The notes beneath the pieces are model-generated. The model made no database searches, was not told where the DNA came from, and was given only the letters and a program-made list of their open reading frames with translations. A DNA stretch of 32,000 nucleotides from Candidatus Saccharimonadota bacterium (lineage in GTDB: Bacteria > Patescibacteriota > Gracilibacteria > BD1-5 > UBA2023): the NCBI GenBank assembly GCA_963706795.1, contig OY970170.1, positions 660,001 through 692,000 of the forward strand, read 5' to 3'. Every line of letters begins with the position of its first letter. Within the stretch, counting starts at the first letter, position 1. Made by a program: the position numbers and the translations under genes. Of the stretch, positions 10,727 to 18,360 are shown piece after piece.

Positions 10727-10930
10727 CTACCATACCATCCTTGGCAGATGGTAGTAAGTGTCGTCGCCAGGGAATACACTGAGAGCTTTTGGCTCTGGCA
10801 GTGACAGATTTGTTGATTTCCCTGTTTCTTCGCAAGTTGGCTCAATAACTTGTGCGCTATGAGCCGCGATCAGTGCGTTTGTAATAAATGGAACATTTCC
10901 TGCAGCTTGCAGGCCATATCGACCAATCAT
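10727..10930 (-). CDS. Stand-alone 67-aa hypothetical protein
   Basis: AAGGAG lies exactly 6 nt upstream of the ATG. The gene has its own promoter (11017..11044), a TAG stop and a terminator at 10666..10700. I recognise no family. Confidence 0.6.
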   Translation of the reverse strand: MIGRYGLQAAGNVPFITNALIAAHSAQVIEPTCEETGKSTNLSLPEPKALSVFPGDDTYYHLPRMVW

Positions 10931-11016
10931 GATATTCTCCTTCTTGAAAAACGTGATTGAGACAAGTCTTCAAAAATACCAATGCTTCCTCATTAATTCG
11001 ATGATTCAGCTAACAA

Positions 11017-11091
11017 ACTCTAGGAAATCTTAAAAGAAAGTCAATTTTTTGCACGACTTAATTTGACAAAGCTTCCTTCCTGCCTATTAAT
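11017..11091. promoter_or_regulatory. Back-to-back divergent promoters
   Basis: Minus strand: TTGACT (11039..11044), 16 nt, TAGAGT (11017..11022). Plus strand: TTGACA (11063..11068), 16-17 nt, TATTAAT (11085..11091). Confidence 0.55.
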
Positions 11092-11098
11092 GCTCAGC

Positions 11099-11572
11099 AT
11101 GAGTACATCACGTTTAGAGCAGTTTGCTTCGGCTACTGCGCTCGCGACATCCCTCGCGATGCTTCCACTTGAGTCAACCGCTGCCGACAAGGCCTGCGAT
11201 CGTAATTCCCTCAAAGTCGAATCCATACTAACGAATGAATGGCATAGCTTAGATACCACGTATCGCCTTCCACTAGCACTCTGTGCACGATACGGTCTCG
11301 AGATCCAAACAGTACTCGATACACCAAAACCCGCCAATTTCTGGACGGTGCCAAATAAGATTGCAGGAGCCAATGAAGATGTTTTTGCAAAGCCCTCTGC
11401 TCGTCTCGGTGGATACTACACTGACTGAGGCAATACGTATTCAACAGGACTCGGAAGGGGTGGGCTCGGCATCTCATTCTCAAAAGTGTCACCGAACTCA
11501 GCTCTCTATTTGAGCTGATCAGTAAATCCTCTCAAATGAAGTTTTATTTTCTCAGTTTGAGCAAGATACTAA
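11099..11572 (+). CDS. Hypothetical exported protein with Gly-rich beta-strand-like C-terminus
   Basis: The ATG at 11099 (alternative 11090) lies 8 nt after the -10 box. The N-terminus is signal-peptide-like (FASATALATSLAMLPLESTAA). With four TGAs (11426, 11516, 11537, 11558) read as Gly, the frame runs to TAA 11570..11572, directly abutting a terminator. The C-terminus reads GGYYTDGGNTYSTGLGRGGLGISFSKVSPNSALYLSGSVNPLKGSFIFSVGARY. Confidence 0.55.
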
Positions 11573-11573
11573 A

Positions 11574-11609
11574 ATAAATCCCCAGTCGTTTGACTGGGGA
11601 TTTATTTTG
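11574..11609. terminator. Bidirectional terminator (serves the 11099 gene and rpsA)
   Basis: ATCCCCAGTC-GTTT-GACTGGGGAT (11578..11601), flanked by AAAATAA and TTATTTT. Confidence 0.85.
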
Positions 11610-11619
11610 CCTGAATAGA

Positions 11620-12819
11620 TTATTCAGCAGCTGCTTCTGGAGCTGGAGCTTCAGTTGCTTCTTCTTTCTTTGCCTTTGGAGCCTTCTTTGCTTTTGGTGC
11701 AGCTTCTGCATCAGCAGACTCTGCGGCTGGAGTTTCTGCTCCGGCTTCGAGAGCCTTCATAGAGAGACCAATACGCTTTGCCTGTGCATCGAAAGTAATA
11801 ATCTTTGCCTTTACACTCTCACCAACCTTGATGAATTCTTCGATATTCTTCGAAGCTTCAGTTGAGATTTCAGAGAGGTGGATGAGACCAGAGATTCCAC
11901 CATCGAGGGCGAGGAATACTCCAAACTGAGAAATACGCATTACTGGAGCATCAACGATGTCACCAACCTTGTATTTTGCAGCGAGTTCAGCCCATGGGTT
12001 TGCGCGGAGGCGCTTCATAGAGAGGCTGATCTTGTCTCCTTCGATTCCGATAATCTGAACCTTAACATTGTCTCCAACCTTCGCGAACTTTGAAGGATTA
12101 GATACGTGTCCCCAGTCGATTTCAGAAACGTGAACGAGTCCTTCGATACCGTTGAAAGTAATGAAGAGTCCGTATGTGAGGATTCCTGATACAGAACCTT
12201 CGACGATGTCTCCCGCCTTGAGGTGAGAGAGAGCTGCTGCGCGCTGCTCTTCGAGGGCTGCCTTTTCAGAGAAGATGATCTTCTTTCCATCGTTGTCGAC
12301 GTTGATAACGCGAACCTTGAATGGTTTTCCAACGAGACGCTGAAGGTGCTCGAGAATCTTTTCTGGATCTGCTCCTTCAACACGTGGGTAGTTGACTGGA
12401 GTGAGCTGAGAAACTGGGATGAATCCCTTGATTCCGTCGAGGTCAATGAGGAGACCTCCCTTGTTTGCTTCGTTCGGGATAACCGTGATGATTTCCTTTG
12501 TGTCGAAGTTTGAGTGGAGCTTCTCGATGAGCTTGATCTGTGAAGCCTTGCGGAGTGAGAGGTGAACGATACCAGAGTGTCGGTCTTCACCGATAACAAT
12601 AGAATCAACCTTATCACCACTTGCGAGTCCAGATGCATCCTCAGTAGAAGAATACATGTGAGTTCCGGCAATTACTCCTGTGAACTGTCCTCCGATGTCC
12701 ACGAGGATCATCTTAGGAGATGCAGAAATAACCGTACCAGAAATAATTTCTCCCATTGCAGGAGTAAGAATTGGTGCAGCTGAAGCAATCAGTGCGTCAA
12801 AATCAGACTGTACAGACAT
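11620..12819 (-). CDS. rpsA: 30S ribosomal protein S1 (four S1 domains, A/E/K/P-rich tail)
   Basis: The 399-aa ORF has repeated S1-domain signatures (G.IV.G.V....G.F...GI.G..H.SE). No TGA; stop is TAA. Confidence 0.9.
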   Translation of the reverse strand: MSVQSDFDALIASAAPILTPAMGEIISGTVISASPKMILVDIGGQFTGVIAGTHMYSSTEDASGLASGDKVDSIVIGEDRHSGIVHLSLRKASQIKLIEKLHSNFDTKEIITVIPNEANKGGLLIDLDGIKGFIPVSQLTPVNYPRVEGADPEKILEHLQRLVGKPFKVRVINVDNDGKKIIFSEKAALEEQRAAALSHLKAGDIVEGSVSGILTYGLFITFNGIEGLVHVSEIDWGHVSNPSKFAKVGDNVKVQIIGIEGDKISLSMKRLRANPWAELAAKYKVGDIVDAPVMRISQFGVFLALDGGISGLIHLSEISTEASKNIEEFIKVGESVKAKIITFDAQAKRIGLSMKALEAGAETPAAESADAEAAPKAKKAPKAKKEEATEAPAPEAAAE

Positions 12820-12827
12820 GATTTTAA

Positions 12828-12855
12828 AAATTACGAAATAAACGTTGGATGTAAA
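12828..12855 (-). promoter_or_regulatory. Candidate rpsA promoter giving a leaderless mRNA
   Basis: On the minus strand: TTTACA (12850..12855), 16 nt, TAATTT (12828..12833). The rpsA ATG follows 8 nt later and there is no SD. Confidence 0.4.
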
Positions 12856-12942
12856 AATCTTCGCTTTCGCGAGTTAGTACTGTATTTGGGATTCTTCGTT
12901 TCAGGATAGTCTTGCTCCTTCGCTCTGACGAGCTTCGGAGGG

Positions 12943-12979
12943 CAAGCCCCGTCGTGGGGTTTGAGTGAACTTAAACTTA
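12943..12979 (-). repeat. Copy A of a ~38-nt direct repeat
   Basis: Minus-strand reading is TAAGTTTAAGTTCACTCAAACCCCACGACGGGGCTTG. Compare with copy B at 13068..13105. Confidence 0.8.
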
Positions 12980-13067
12980 TGAAGTGGTGAGGCTTGCCCT
13001 ACGGGCGCCCTCGGCCGAAAGCCAAATCGTTGGCTTTCTAAAACGCATTCGCGTTTTACCTCACGTT

Positions 13068-13105
13068 CAAGTCTCGTCATGGAGGTTTGTGTGAACTTAA
13101 ACTTA
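13068..13105 (-). repeat. Copy B of the direct repeat, abutting the tRNA-His 3' end
   Basis: Minus-strand reading is TAAGTTTAAGTTCACACAAACCTCCATGACGAGACTTG. The first 22 nt differ from copy A at one position. Confidence 0.8.
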
Positions 13106-13183
13106 TGGGGCGATCGACGAGGCTTGAACTCGCAACATCCAGATTCACAGTCTGGCGCTCTAACCAATTGAACTACGACCGCC
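13106..13183 (-). tRNA. tRNA-His (GTG) with encoded G-1 and CCA
   Basis: The cloverleaf was folded by hand. The acceptor is GCGGTCG/CGATCGC, with G-1 opposite C73. The D-arm is GTTCAATTGGTTAGAGC and the anticodon arm is CCAGA-CTGTGAA-TCTGG. The T-arm is GCGAG-TTCAAGC-CTCGT, and the 3' CCA is encoded. Confidence 0.92.
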
Positions 13184-13198
13184 ACAAAAAGCAGGAAA

Positions 13199-13226
13199 AG
13201 TATATGAAAGTGCTATTTTTTTGCAA
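13199..13226 (-). promoter_or_regulatory. Candidate promoter for tRNA-His
   Basis: On the minus strand: TTGCAA (13221..13226), 16 nt, TATACT (13199..13204), about 15 nt upstream of G-1. Confidence 0.45.
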
Positions 13227-13233
13227 AAGAAAA

Positions 13234-13274
13234 TCTCCCGACTTTTGCTTGCCCACAAGCAGGAATTCGGGAGA
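13234..13274 (-). terminator. Terminator hairpin
   Basis: TCTCCCGA (13234..13241) pairs with TCGGGAGA (13267..13274), with an inner TGCTTG/CAAGCA stem. On the minus strand it is followed by TTTTCTTTTG. Confidence 0.6.
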
Positions 13275-13315
13275 TGGGAATGTTGTAGGGAAATGATGTT
13301 GAGTGATAATGCACC

Positions 13316-13549
13316 CTACAACCTGTATGCTTTAGCAGAGAGGCGCACCAATTCCATTGGAGAATATCCTAGAACTTCCAGGTTTTTAACTTCCTGTTCC
13401 CCAGCTTGCCCTACGGTAGGTATAGACTCTAAAAAGTGTGGCTCATACTTCTCCAATTGTCTTAAAAAAGTCACGTCGTATTCTGTTAATATGAGACGAT
13501 TTACTAACCAGATCACAATTATCTTTGTTCTGGCATCGTTTCGTCACTT
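13316..13549 (-). pseudogene. 5'-truncated paralogue of the gene at 13648..14193
   Basis: The fragment reads K(G)RNDARTKIIVIWLVNRLILTEYDVTFLRQLEKYEPHFLESIPTV...LGYSPMELVRLSAKAYRL. It aligns with RGSQDAKILL...LVDRTVLRKYDPTFSTYLDKSEPELLTDIPKI...LGYSTKDISRLSSKIYR. An in-frame TAG lies at 13550..13552 and there is no ATG; only a GTG at 13514..13516. Confidence 0.5.
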
Positions 13550-13597
13550 CTACTGAATACCCAAACATGGATTATGCTTAGATGGAGATACTGTAGC

Positions 13598-13633
13598 ACA
13601 AAAAAACCTAACTTGGACACTCAAAGTTAGGTT
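13598..13633 (-). terminator. Rho-independent terminator
   Basis: A perfect 10-bp stem, AACCTAACTT (13605..13614) with AAGTTAGGTT (13624..13633). On the minus strand it is followed by TTTTTTTG. Confidence 0.8.
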
Positions 13634-13647
13634 TGGTGGTAAAAAAA

Positions 13648-14193
13648 TTACCTGTAAATTTTGCTTGAAAGGCGCGATATGTCTTTAGTTGAATAACCAA
13701 GAAATTTCAATTCTTCCAGTTCATTTTTCACGATATCCTCAATTTTTGGAATGTCGGTAAGCAACTCTGGTTCAGATTTGTCTAAGTATGTAGAGAATGT
13801 TGGATCATATTTTCGTAAGACGGTTCTATCAACTAGTCCTGACCAAATAAAATTTCCCCATTGTTCTCGTAAAAGTATTTTTGCATCTTGACTGCCGCGA
13901 TCTACCCATTTTGTGATGCGATTTTCTTTCATCAATTGATCCATTTCTTCGCGAAGCGCCTCAATATCAGTGTTTGCTCGATCGAGCGCCATCTTAGTGA
14001 GACGGTACATATACGCTTTGCGCTCTTTGGGTGGAATACTCCTGAGTTTTGACTCTAAAATTCACAAAATTTGGTCATCTAAAACTTCCTGTAAGTTACT
14101 TTGTACAGTCCTTTGAAGTCAAATAGATTCTGCTTGCTTGAGGTTATCAGTTTGACCAAGCAGCGGTGCGGCTTTTGGGGAATGTGGTGTCAT
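13648..14193 (-). CDS. Hypothetical protein with C-terminal HTH-like segment
   Basis: ORF 13648..14010 extends in frame through TGAs at 14062 and 14119 to the ATG at 14191..14193. An in-frame TAA lies upstream at 14227. The C-terminus ELKFLGYSTKDISRLSSKIYR resembles a sigma region-4/LuxR-type helix-turn-helix. The start position is uncertain. Confidence 0.5.
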
Positions 14194-14275
14194 GGGATTT
14201 GTAAGATTCGTATACCGTATGCAGTTTTAGCGATTCGTCAATATAGCGAAGTTGAGCTATATTTTAATTCCCAGA

Positions 14276-14791
14276 CTACTTCGCGTATTTTTGATACATT
14301 TTGAGATATTCATTCTCAAATCGGACTGTGTAAATATCCTCGATAATTTGCGAAAATGGAGACTCAAATTGTCCAGTAGATGAGAAAGGTGTAACCATAG
14401 CATTGCCATCAGTAAGCTCATCGAGTCGGACAAAGTGGAGCTCGTATTCGCTGTCTTCGAGCATGATGCATTTGCCAATCAGACCCGTGAGAAATGTTTG
14501 CGCTGAAGAAAAGTCACCGTGGTATTTTTCTTTGCTGTTCAGGCTTTCTTTTTCGAGAATCGACGCAATAAATTTTTCGTCTTCGTCGTGGTGCACAGCT
14601 TCAATGCATTCAAAATTGATGGTCCCGAAGCCATCAAAATGAAAGTCCTCGACTATTTCGAGCATAACACCAAAATCTCCAACATGTGTGATTCTTCCTC
14701 GTGCGTTTTCTCCGCTGGTGAGTTCGACGCGAATGTATGTGTTGTCCTTTGCGAAGGCTTCGAGCGTGCTTCTGAGTTCAGTGTGTGACAT
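14276..14791 (-). CDS. Hypothetical protein (two similar halves)
   Basis: Open frame 14276..14839. The likely start is the ATG encoding MSHTELRSTLEAF at 14789..14791. Stop is TAG. I recognise no family. Confidence 0.55.
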   Translation of the reverse strand: MSHTELRSTLEAFAKDNTYIRVELTSGENARGRITHVGDFGVMLEIVEDFHFDGFGTINFECIEAVHHDEDEKFIASILEKESLNSKEKYHGDFSSAQTFLTGLIGKCIMLEDSEYELHFVRLDELTDGNAMVTPFSSTGQFESPFSQIIEDIYTVRFENEYLKMYQKYAK

Positions 14792-14874
14792 ATGAAGGGG
14801 ATTATGCACGTGAGTGTACGAAATTTGGAATCTATACAAAGAAGTTTTACGTATTTTTTAATCCCTCCAAAGAG

Positions 14875-14903
14875 TTCGCATTTTAGACGAGTCTCTTTAG
14901 AAT
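14875..14903 (+). promoter_or_regulatory. Promoter placed for leaderless recG
   Basis: TTCGCA (14875..14880), a 17-nt spacer, then TAGAAT (14898..14903). The ATG follows 7 nt later. Confidence 0.5.
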
Positions 14904-14910
14904 ACACCGC

Positions 14911-16887
14911 ATGATCCTGACAAAAGCGCTCCTTCATACGACGGACGTCTATATCAAAAAACTCAAAGAAGCCGGCATCGAGACCACCAAGGATTTTCTC
15001 GAGCATTTTCCGCGCGCGCTCGAAAATCGCTCCAACGTCCTCGAGAGCTTCACCTATGTCAATCTCAAAGAAAAAAACACTCTCAAGGCTACGATCGAAT
15101 CCATTGTCACCGAGCGAACCAGGTCCGGCAAGCAGATGACCAAAGTCATTATCAAAGACGCGAATGGATATCTCTCCGAAGCAGTCTATTTCACCAAGCC
15201 GTATTTTTTAGCAAAATTCAAATCCGGCGACCAGATCATGCTTCACGGCAAGCCAAAATATGACTATGGGAAACTTTCTTTTCCTTCGCCAGAAATCGAA
15301 CATCTCTCAGGTGATGTCGCTTCTTTTGTGCCCGTATATAGTGATCTCAACTATATACCTGGTTCGTGGTTTGCTGACAAAATGGTGCATCTCAGGCCAT
15401 ATATTTCTGAGATTGAAGAAGTACTCCCGACAAATGCTCGCAAAAAGAAGGGCTTTCCATTTCGTGGGACGAGTTTTGAACGTATCCATTTCCCATCATC
15501 GACTCAAGAATTCGATCAAGCCCGTGCAGCGCTTGCGTATGAGGAGCTCTTCATGATCCAATACCGCTGAATCGCGCGCAAAAATGCCGAAGCAGCCGCC
15601 ACAGAAGGCAAGGCTCGGGCCATTCCCATGCAGATAGAGCGCGTCAAAGAGATCATCTCAAAGCTTCCATTTGAGCTTACGGGCAAGCAAAAAATCGTAC
15701 TCTTCCAAATCCTCAGAGATATGGAATGAACGCATTCGATGCGTCGGCTTTTGCAAGGAGATGTTGGTACTGGTAAGACTGCCGTAGCCTTCATTGCAGC
15801 GATTCATGGCATCCTTGAGGCAAATATCCAAGTCGCGCTCATGGCGCCCACCGAAATCCTCGCCCGTCAGCATTTTGAGTCCTTCGAAAAGACATTTGGT
15901 GAGTACAACATTCGGACCGATCTCCTCGTCGGATCGCTTACCAAAAAACAAAAAGAAGAAGCAAAACAGCGTCTCAAATCGGGCGAAACGCAGCTCATTA
16001 TTGGGACGCATGCATTGATCGAGGATGATGTTCAATTCGCACGACTCGGCTTTGTAGTGGTAGACGAACAGCACCGATTTGGAGTCAATCAACGAAAAAC
16101 ACTCGAGAGCTATTTTTCACTCTCTGGTGGGATTTTTCCGCATAATCTCAATATGACGGCGACTCCTATTCCACGTACTTTGGCGCTCACGCTTTACGGT
16201 GATCAGGATATCTCCATCCTCAACGAATATCCAGTCGGTCGCAAGCCAATCCATACCGCAGTTATCAAAGAATCCGACCGCGAACAAGTCTATCGCATGA
16301 TCGAAGAAGAACTCCGCTCCGGTCATCAGGCCTACTGGATTTCACCACTCGTCGAAGAATCAGAAACCCTCGATATTGCGAGCGCTGTGAGTACTGCAGA
16401 GACACTTACGGCAATATTCCCACACAGGCGAATCGGACTCATCCACGGCCGGCTCAAAGCCAAAGAAAAAGACGCCATCATGCAAGAGTTCTACGAAGGG
16501 AAAATCGACATTCTTTCATCTACTTCCGTTGTCGAAGTTGGTGTCAACAACCCAAATGCCACGGTTATCTGCATGGAAGCGGCTGAGCGATTTGGGCTTT
16601 CGCAGCTCCATCAATTCCGTGGGCGTGTTGGACGCTGAGATGATCAGTCATATTGTTATCTCTTCACGACCAAATCCTACACTGGCGAGCGACTCCGTGC
16701 CATGGAAAAAACAAATGATGGCTTTGAACTCTCCGAAATTGACCTCGAGCTTCGTGGCCCAGGTGAGGTCTATGGCGTGAGACAGAGCGGCTTACCCGAA
16801 TTTAAGATTGCAGACTTGCGAGATCTTGAGCTCGTAGCCGAAATCCGTGAAGACATCGAAGAGCTCGACGCAAATGGTGGGATATAG
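14911..16887 (+). CDS. recG: ATP-dependent DNA helicase RecG
   Basis: Three ORF-track pieces (14911, 15739 and 16702) share one frame and join through TGAs at 15568, 15727 and 16636. The helicase motifs are GDVGTGKT, VVDEQHRFG, MTATPIPRT and QLHQFRGRVGR(G)DDQSYCYL. Stop is TAG. Confidence 0.92.
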
Positions 16888-16973
16888 GTCGTTTTCTTTG
16901 ACGCAGTGAGCAAAATCGCCTAAAATACTGATGATTTAGAACATATCAGATGACTTTGTCACATGGTTTGTAT

Positions 16974-17000
16974 TGCCTACCCGATACGCTGGTCTATAAT
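16974..17000 (+). promoter_or_regulatory. Candidate pilin promoter
   Basis: A perfect TATAAT at 16995..17000. The -35 is weak: TTGCCT at 16974..16979 with a 15-nt spacer. Confidence 0.35.
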
Positions 17001-17029
17001 CACACTCGTTTATTCATAAAACACACCGC

Positions 17030-17674
17030 ATGCAGTTTACAAAAAACGCAAAAGGTTTCACGCTCATCGAACTCCTCGTCGTTATTACCATTATCGGTAT
17101 TCTCGCAGTAGGAGGTACGACCGTCTACACTTCTCAGATCCAAAAAGCTCGTGATACAACTCGTATCACTGATATCGAAGCTATCAAAAACGGTATCGAA
17201 CAAGTTTATCAGGACAAGGGTTCATATCCAGATGTAACATCTGCAGGAACCGCTGATGCTCCAGGATTTAAAACCGTCAATGACTACAATCCAAAATTTG
17301 GTAAGGATCCAAAATCGGGTCAATCATGTGGTGCTGGTACTTCGATTGCTGGTACTCCATGTGACTACTACTACGGTGTAGCACAGGATACAAACAATAT
17401 CAAAAATCAGGTTTACCGCGTCTCAACTGGTTTTGAAAACAAAGGAAATATCGACTCTAAGGCTCTCGGTGATGGAGGAACCAACAATGCTCGTCTCGAG
17501 CTCGGAATCCTCTCAACTGCCAATAATACGGCACTCGATTCAGCTGCTGGAAATACAGGAAACAATACAACTGCCGGTGCATTTACTGCCGCAGGTGTAA
17601 AATCTGATGTGGCCGTATCTACGTGTGGTACAGAGTTTGGAATGCTCGTTATCAAGGGTGGTGTGTGTCCATAA
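17030..17674 (+). CDS. Type IV pilin / pseudopilin (prepilin-type N-terminal cleavage-methylation domain)
   Basis: The N-terminus MQFTKNAKG/FTLIELLVVITIIGILA is the class III signal, with G at -1 and E at +5. The protein is 214 aa and has paired Cys residues in the C-terminal part. Confidence 0.9.
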   Translation: MQFTKNAKGFTLIELLVVITIIGILAVGGTTVYTSQIQKARDTTRITDIEAIKNGIEQVYQDKGSYPDVTSAGTADAPGFKTVNDYNPKFGKDPKSGQSCGAGTSIAGTPCDYYYGVAQDTNNIKNQVYRVSTGFENKGNIDSKALGDGGTNNARLELGILSTANNTALDSAAGNTGNNTTAGAFTAAGVKSDVAVSTCGTEFGMLVIKGGVCP

Positions 17675-17692
17675 TCACACTTCAATAAACAA

Positions 17693-17730
17693 GTCCTCCG
17701 TAGCTCGGTAGAGCGAAGGAGGATTTTTTA
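17693..17730 (+). terminator. Rho-independent terminator
   Basis: TCCTCC (17694..17699) pairs with GGAGGA (17718..17723), followed by TTTTTT. Confidence 0.65.
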
Positions 17731-17765
17731 TTGCCATTTTTTCCTCTCCGGATAGGCTTTGTACT

Positions 17766-18359
17766 ATGTATGCATATCTCTCTGGAACGGTTCTTTCGCT
17801 CGAGGAAGGACGACTCGTGATCAAGCCCGATGGTATGGGACTTGGTTTTGAAGTGCTTGTCACTTCGATTACTCTCGCACATGTGCGTGTAGGAGACCCC
17901 AAAGAACTCTTTATCCACCACCATATTACAGACGTCTCCGAGGCTCTTTTTGGATTTGAGTCTGTCGAAGAGAAGGCTGTTTTTCGCAAACTTCTCAAGG
18001 TAAATGGTGTGGGTGGGAAGACCGCGCTTTCACTGCTCGCCATTGGTCTCGTTCCACTCGTTCGTGCGATCGAAACAAGTGACGAAAAAGTCCTCGGGTC
18101 CGTCTCTGGTATTGGTAAAAAGACCGCACTCAAGATTATCGTAGAGCTCGCAAAAGAGATTAATTCCGAGTCACTTATGGCCGATGGTTTCGAGCAGCCA
18201 AAGCTTGCCCCGCAATCGCATGCTGAGATTTCTGAAACGCTCATCAATATGGGTTACGATAAACGAGCAGTAGAACAGGTCCTCGCAAAATTGCCAGAAG
18301 AGCTCTCGACACTTGAGGAACGCGTCATCTGGTCGATCCGAACCCTTGCTGCCAAATAA
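17766..18359 (+). CDS. ruvA: Holliday junction branch-migration protein RuvA
   Basis: MYAYLSGTV...FGF...F..LLKVNGVGGKTALSLL...L..VSGIGKKTA is the typical RuvA OB fold plus two HhH motifs. The protein is 197 aa. Confidence 0.9.
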   Translation: MYAYLSGTVLSLEEGRLVIKPDGMGLGFEVLVTSITLAHVRVGDPKELFIHHHITDVSEALFGFESVEEKAVFRKLLKVNGVGGKTALSLLAIGLVPLVRAIETSDEKVLGSVSGIGKKTALKIIVELAKEINSESLMADGFEQPKLAPQSHAEISETLINMGYDKRAVEQVLAKLPEELSTLEERVIWSIRTLAAK

Positions 18360-18360
18360 T

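Larger units (their letters stand above)
12853..13105 (-). ncRNA. Candidate structured RNA co-transcribed downstream of tRNA-His (unclassified)
   Basis: The segment begins immediately 3' of the tRNA CCA. It has a four-way-junction-like fold, with closing helix 12987..12993 / 13058..13064. Two perfect hairpins lie inside it (13040..13057 and 13018..13037). Overlapping alternative helices occur at 12940..12948 / 12991..12999 and 12911..12922 / 12933..12946. A GNRA hairpin plus T5 sits at 12853..12873. Confidence 0.35.

Noticed and set aside
11369-11428. ANEDVFAKPSARLGGYYTD, considered as a tmRNA tag, and CAGGACTCGGAAGGGG (11446..11461), considered as an SRP RNA helix 8.
   Set aside because: There are no tRNA-like ends (GGGG...TTCGA...CCACCA) and no AGCA motif opposite the GGAA loop. 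The peptide does not end in a hydrophobic LAA-type tail. The region reads as one coherent CDS under code 25.
12015-12671. A 218-aa Ser-rich ORF on the minus strand inside rpsA.
   Set aside because: It is an alternative frame of the S1 gene. The S1 frame has four clear S1 domains.
12911-12922. CGAAGGAGCAAG on the minus strand, identical to part of the glycine-riboswitch core (CCGAAGGAGCAA). This is tempting in a UGA=Gly organism.
   Set aside because: The other conserved glycine-riboswitch elements (GGAGAG, CUCUCAGGC...AAGGAC) are absent. The segment is simply the 3' arm of a local hairpin.
12925-12932. CTGACGAG on the plus strand, resembling the hammerhead ribozyme CUGANGA core.
   Set aside because: No helix II closure followed by GAAA, and no suitable cleavage-site helix, could be built around it.
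12987-13064. A cloverleaf-shaped fold considered as a second tRNA, including a possible tRNA-Gly(UCA).
   Set aside because: The central arm has a 4-nt loop, so there is no 7-nt anticodon loop. There are no GG in the D-loop, no TTC in the third arm and no TCA anticodon. It is kept only as an unclassified structured RNA.
12901-13185. A 94-aa ORF across the tRNA-His region.
   Set aside because: Its N-terminal part is simply the translation of tRNA-His (VVQLVRAPDCESGCCEFKPRRSP). The remainder overlies perfect tetraloop hairpins. There is no SD; an anti-SD-like CCTCC precedes the internal ATG.
17693-17730. GTCCTCCGTAGCTCGGTAGAGCG, which resembles a tRNA acceptor plus D-arm.
   Set aside because: No anticodon or T arm follows. 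The element folds back on itself and is followed by T6, so it behaves as the pilin terminator.
17675-18247. A 190-aa ORF antisense to ruvA.
   Set aside because: The plus frame is an unmistakable RuvA. The antisense product is Ser-rich, with no motif, promoter or SD.
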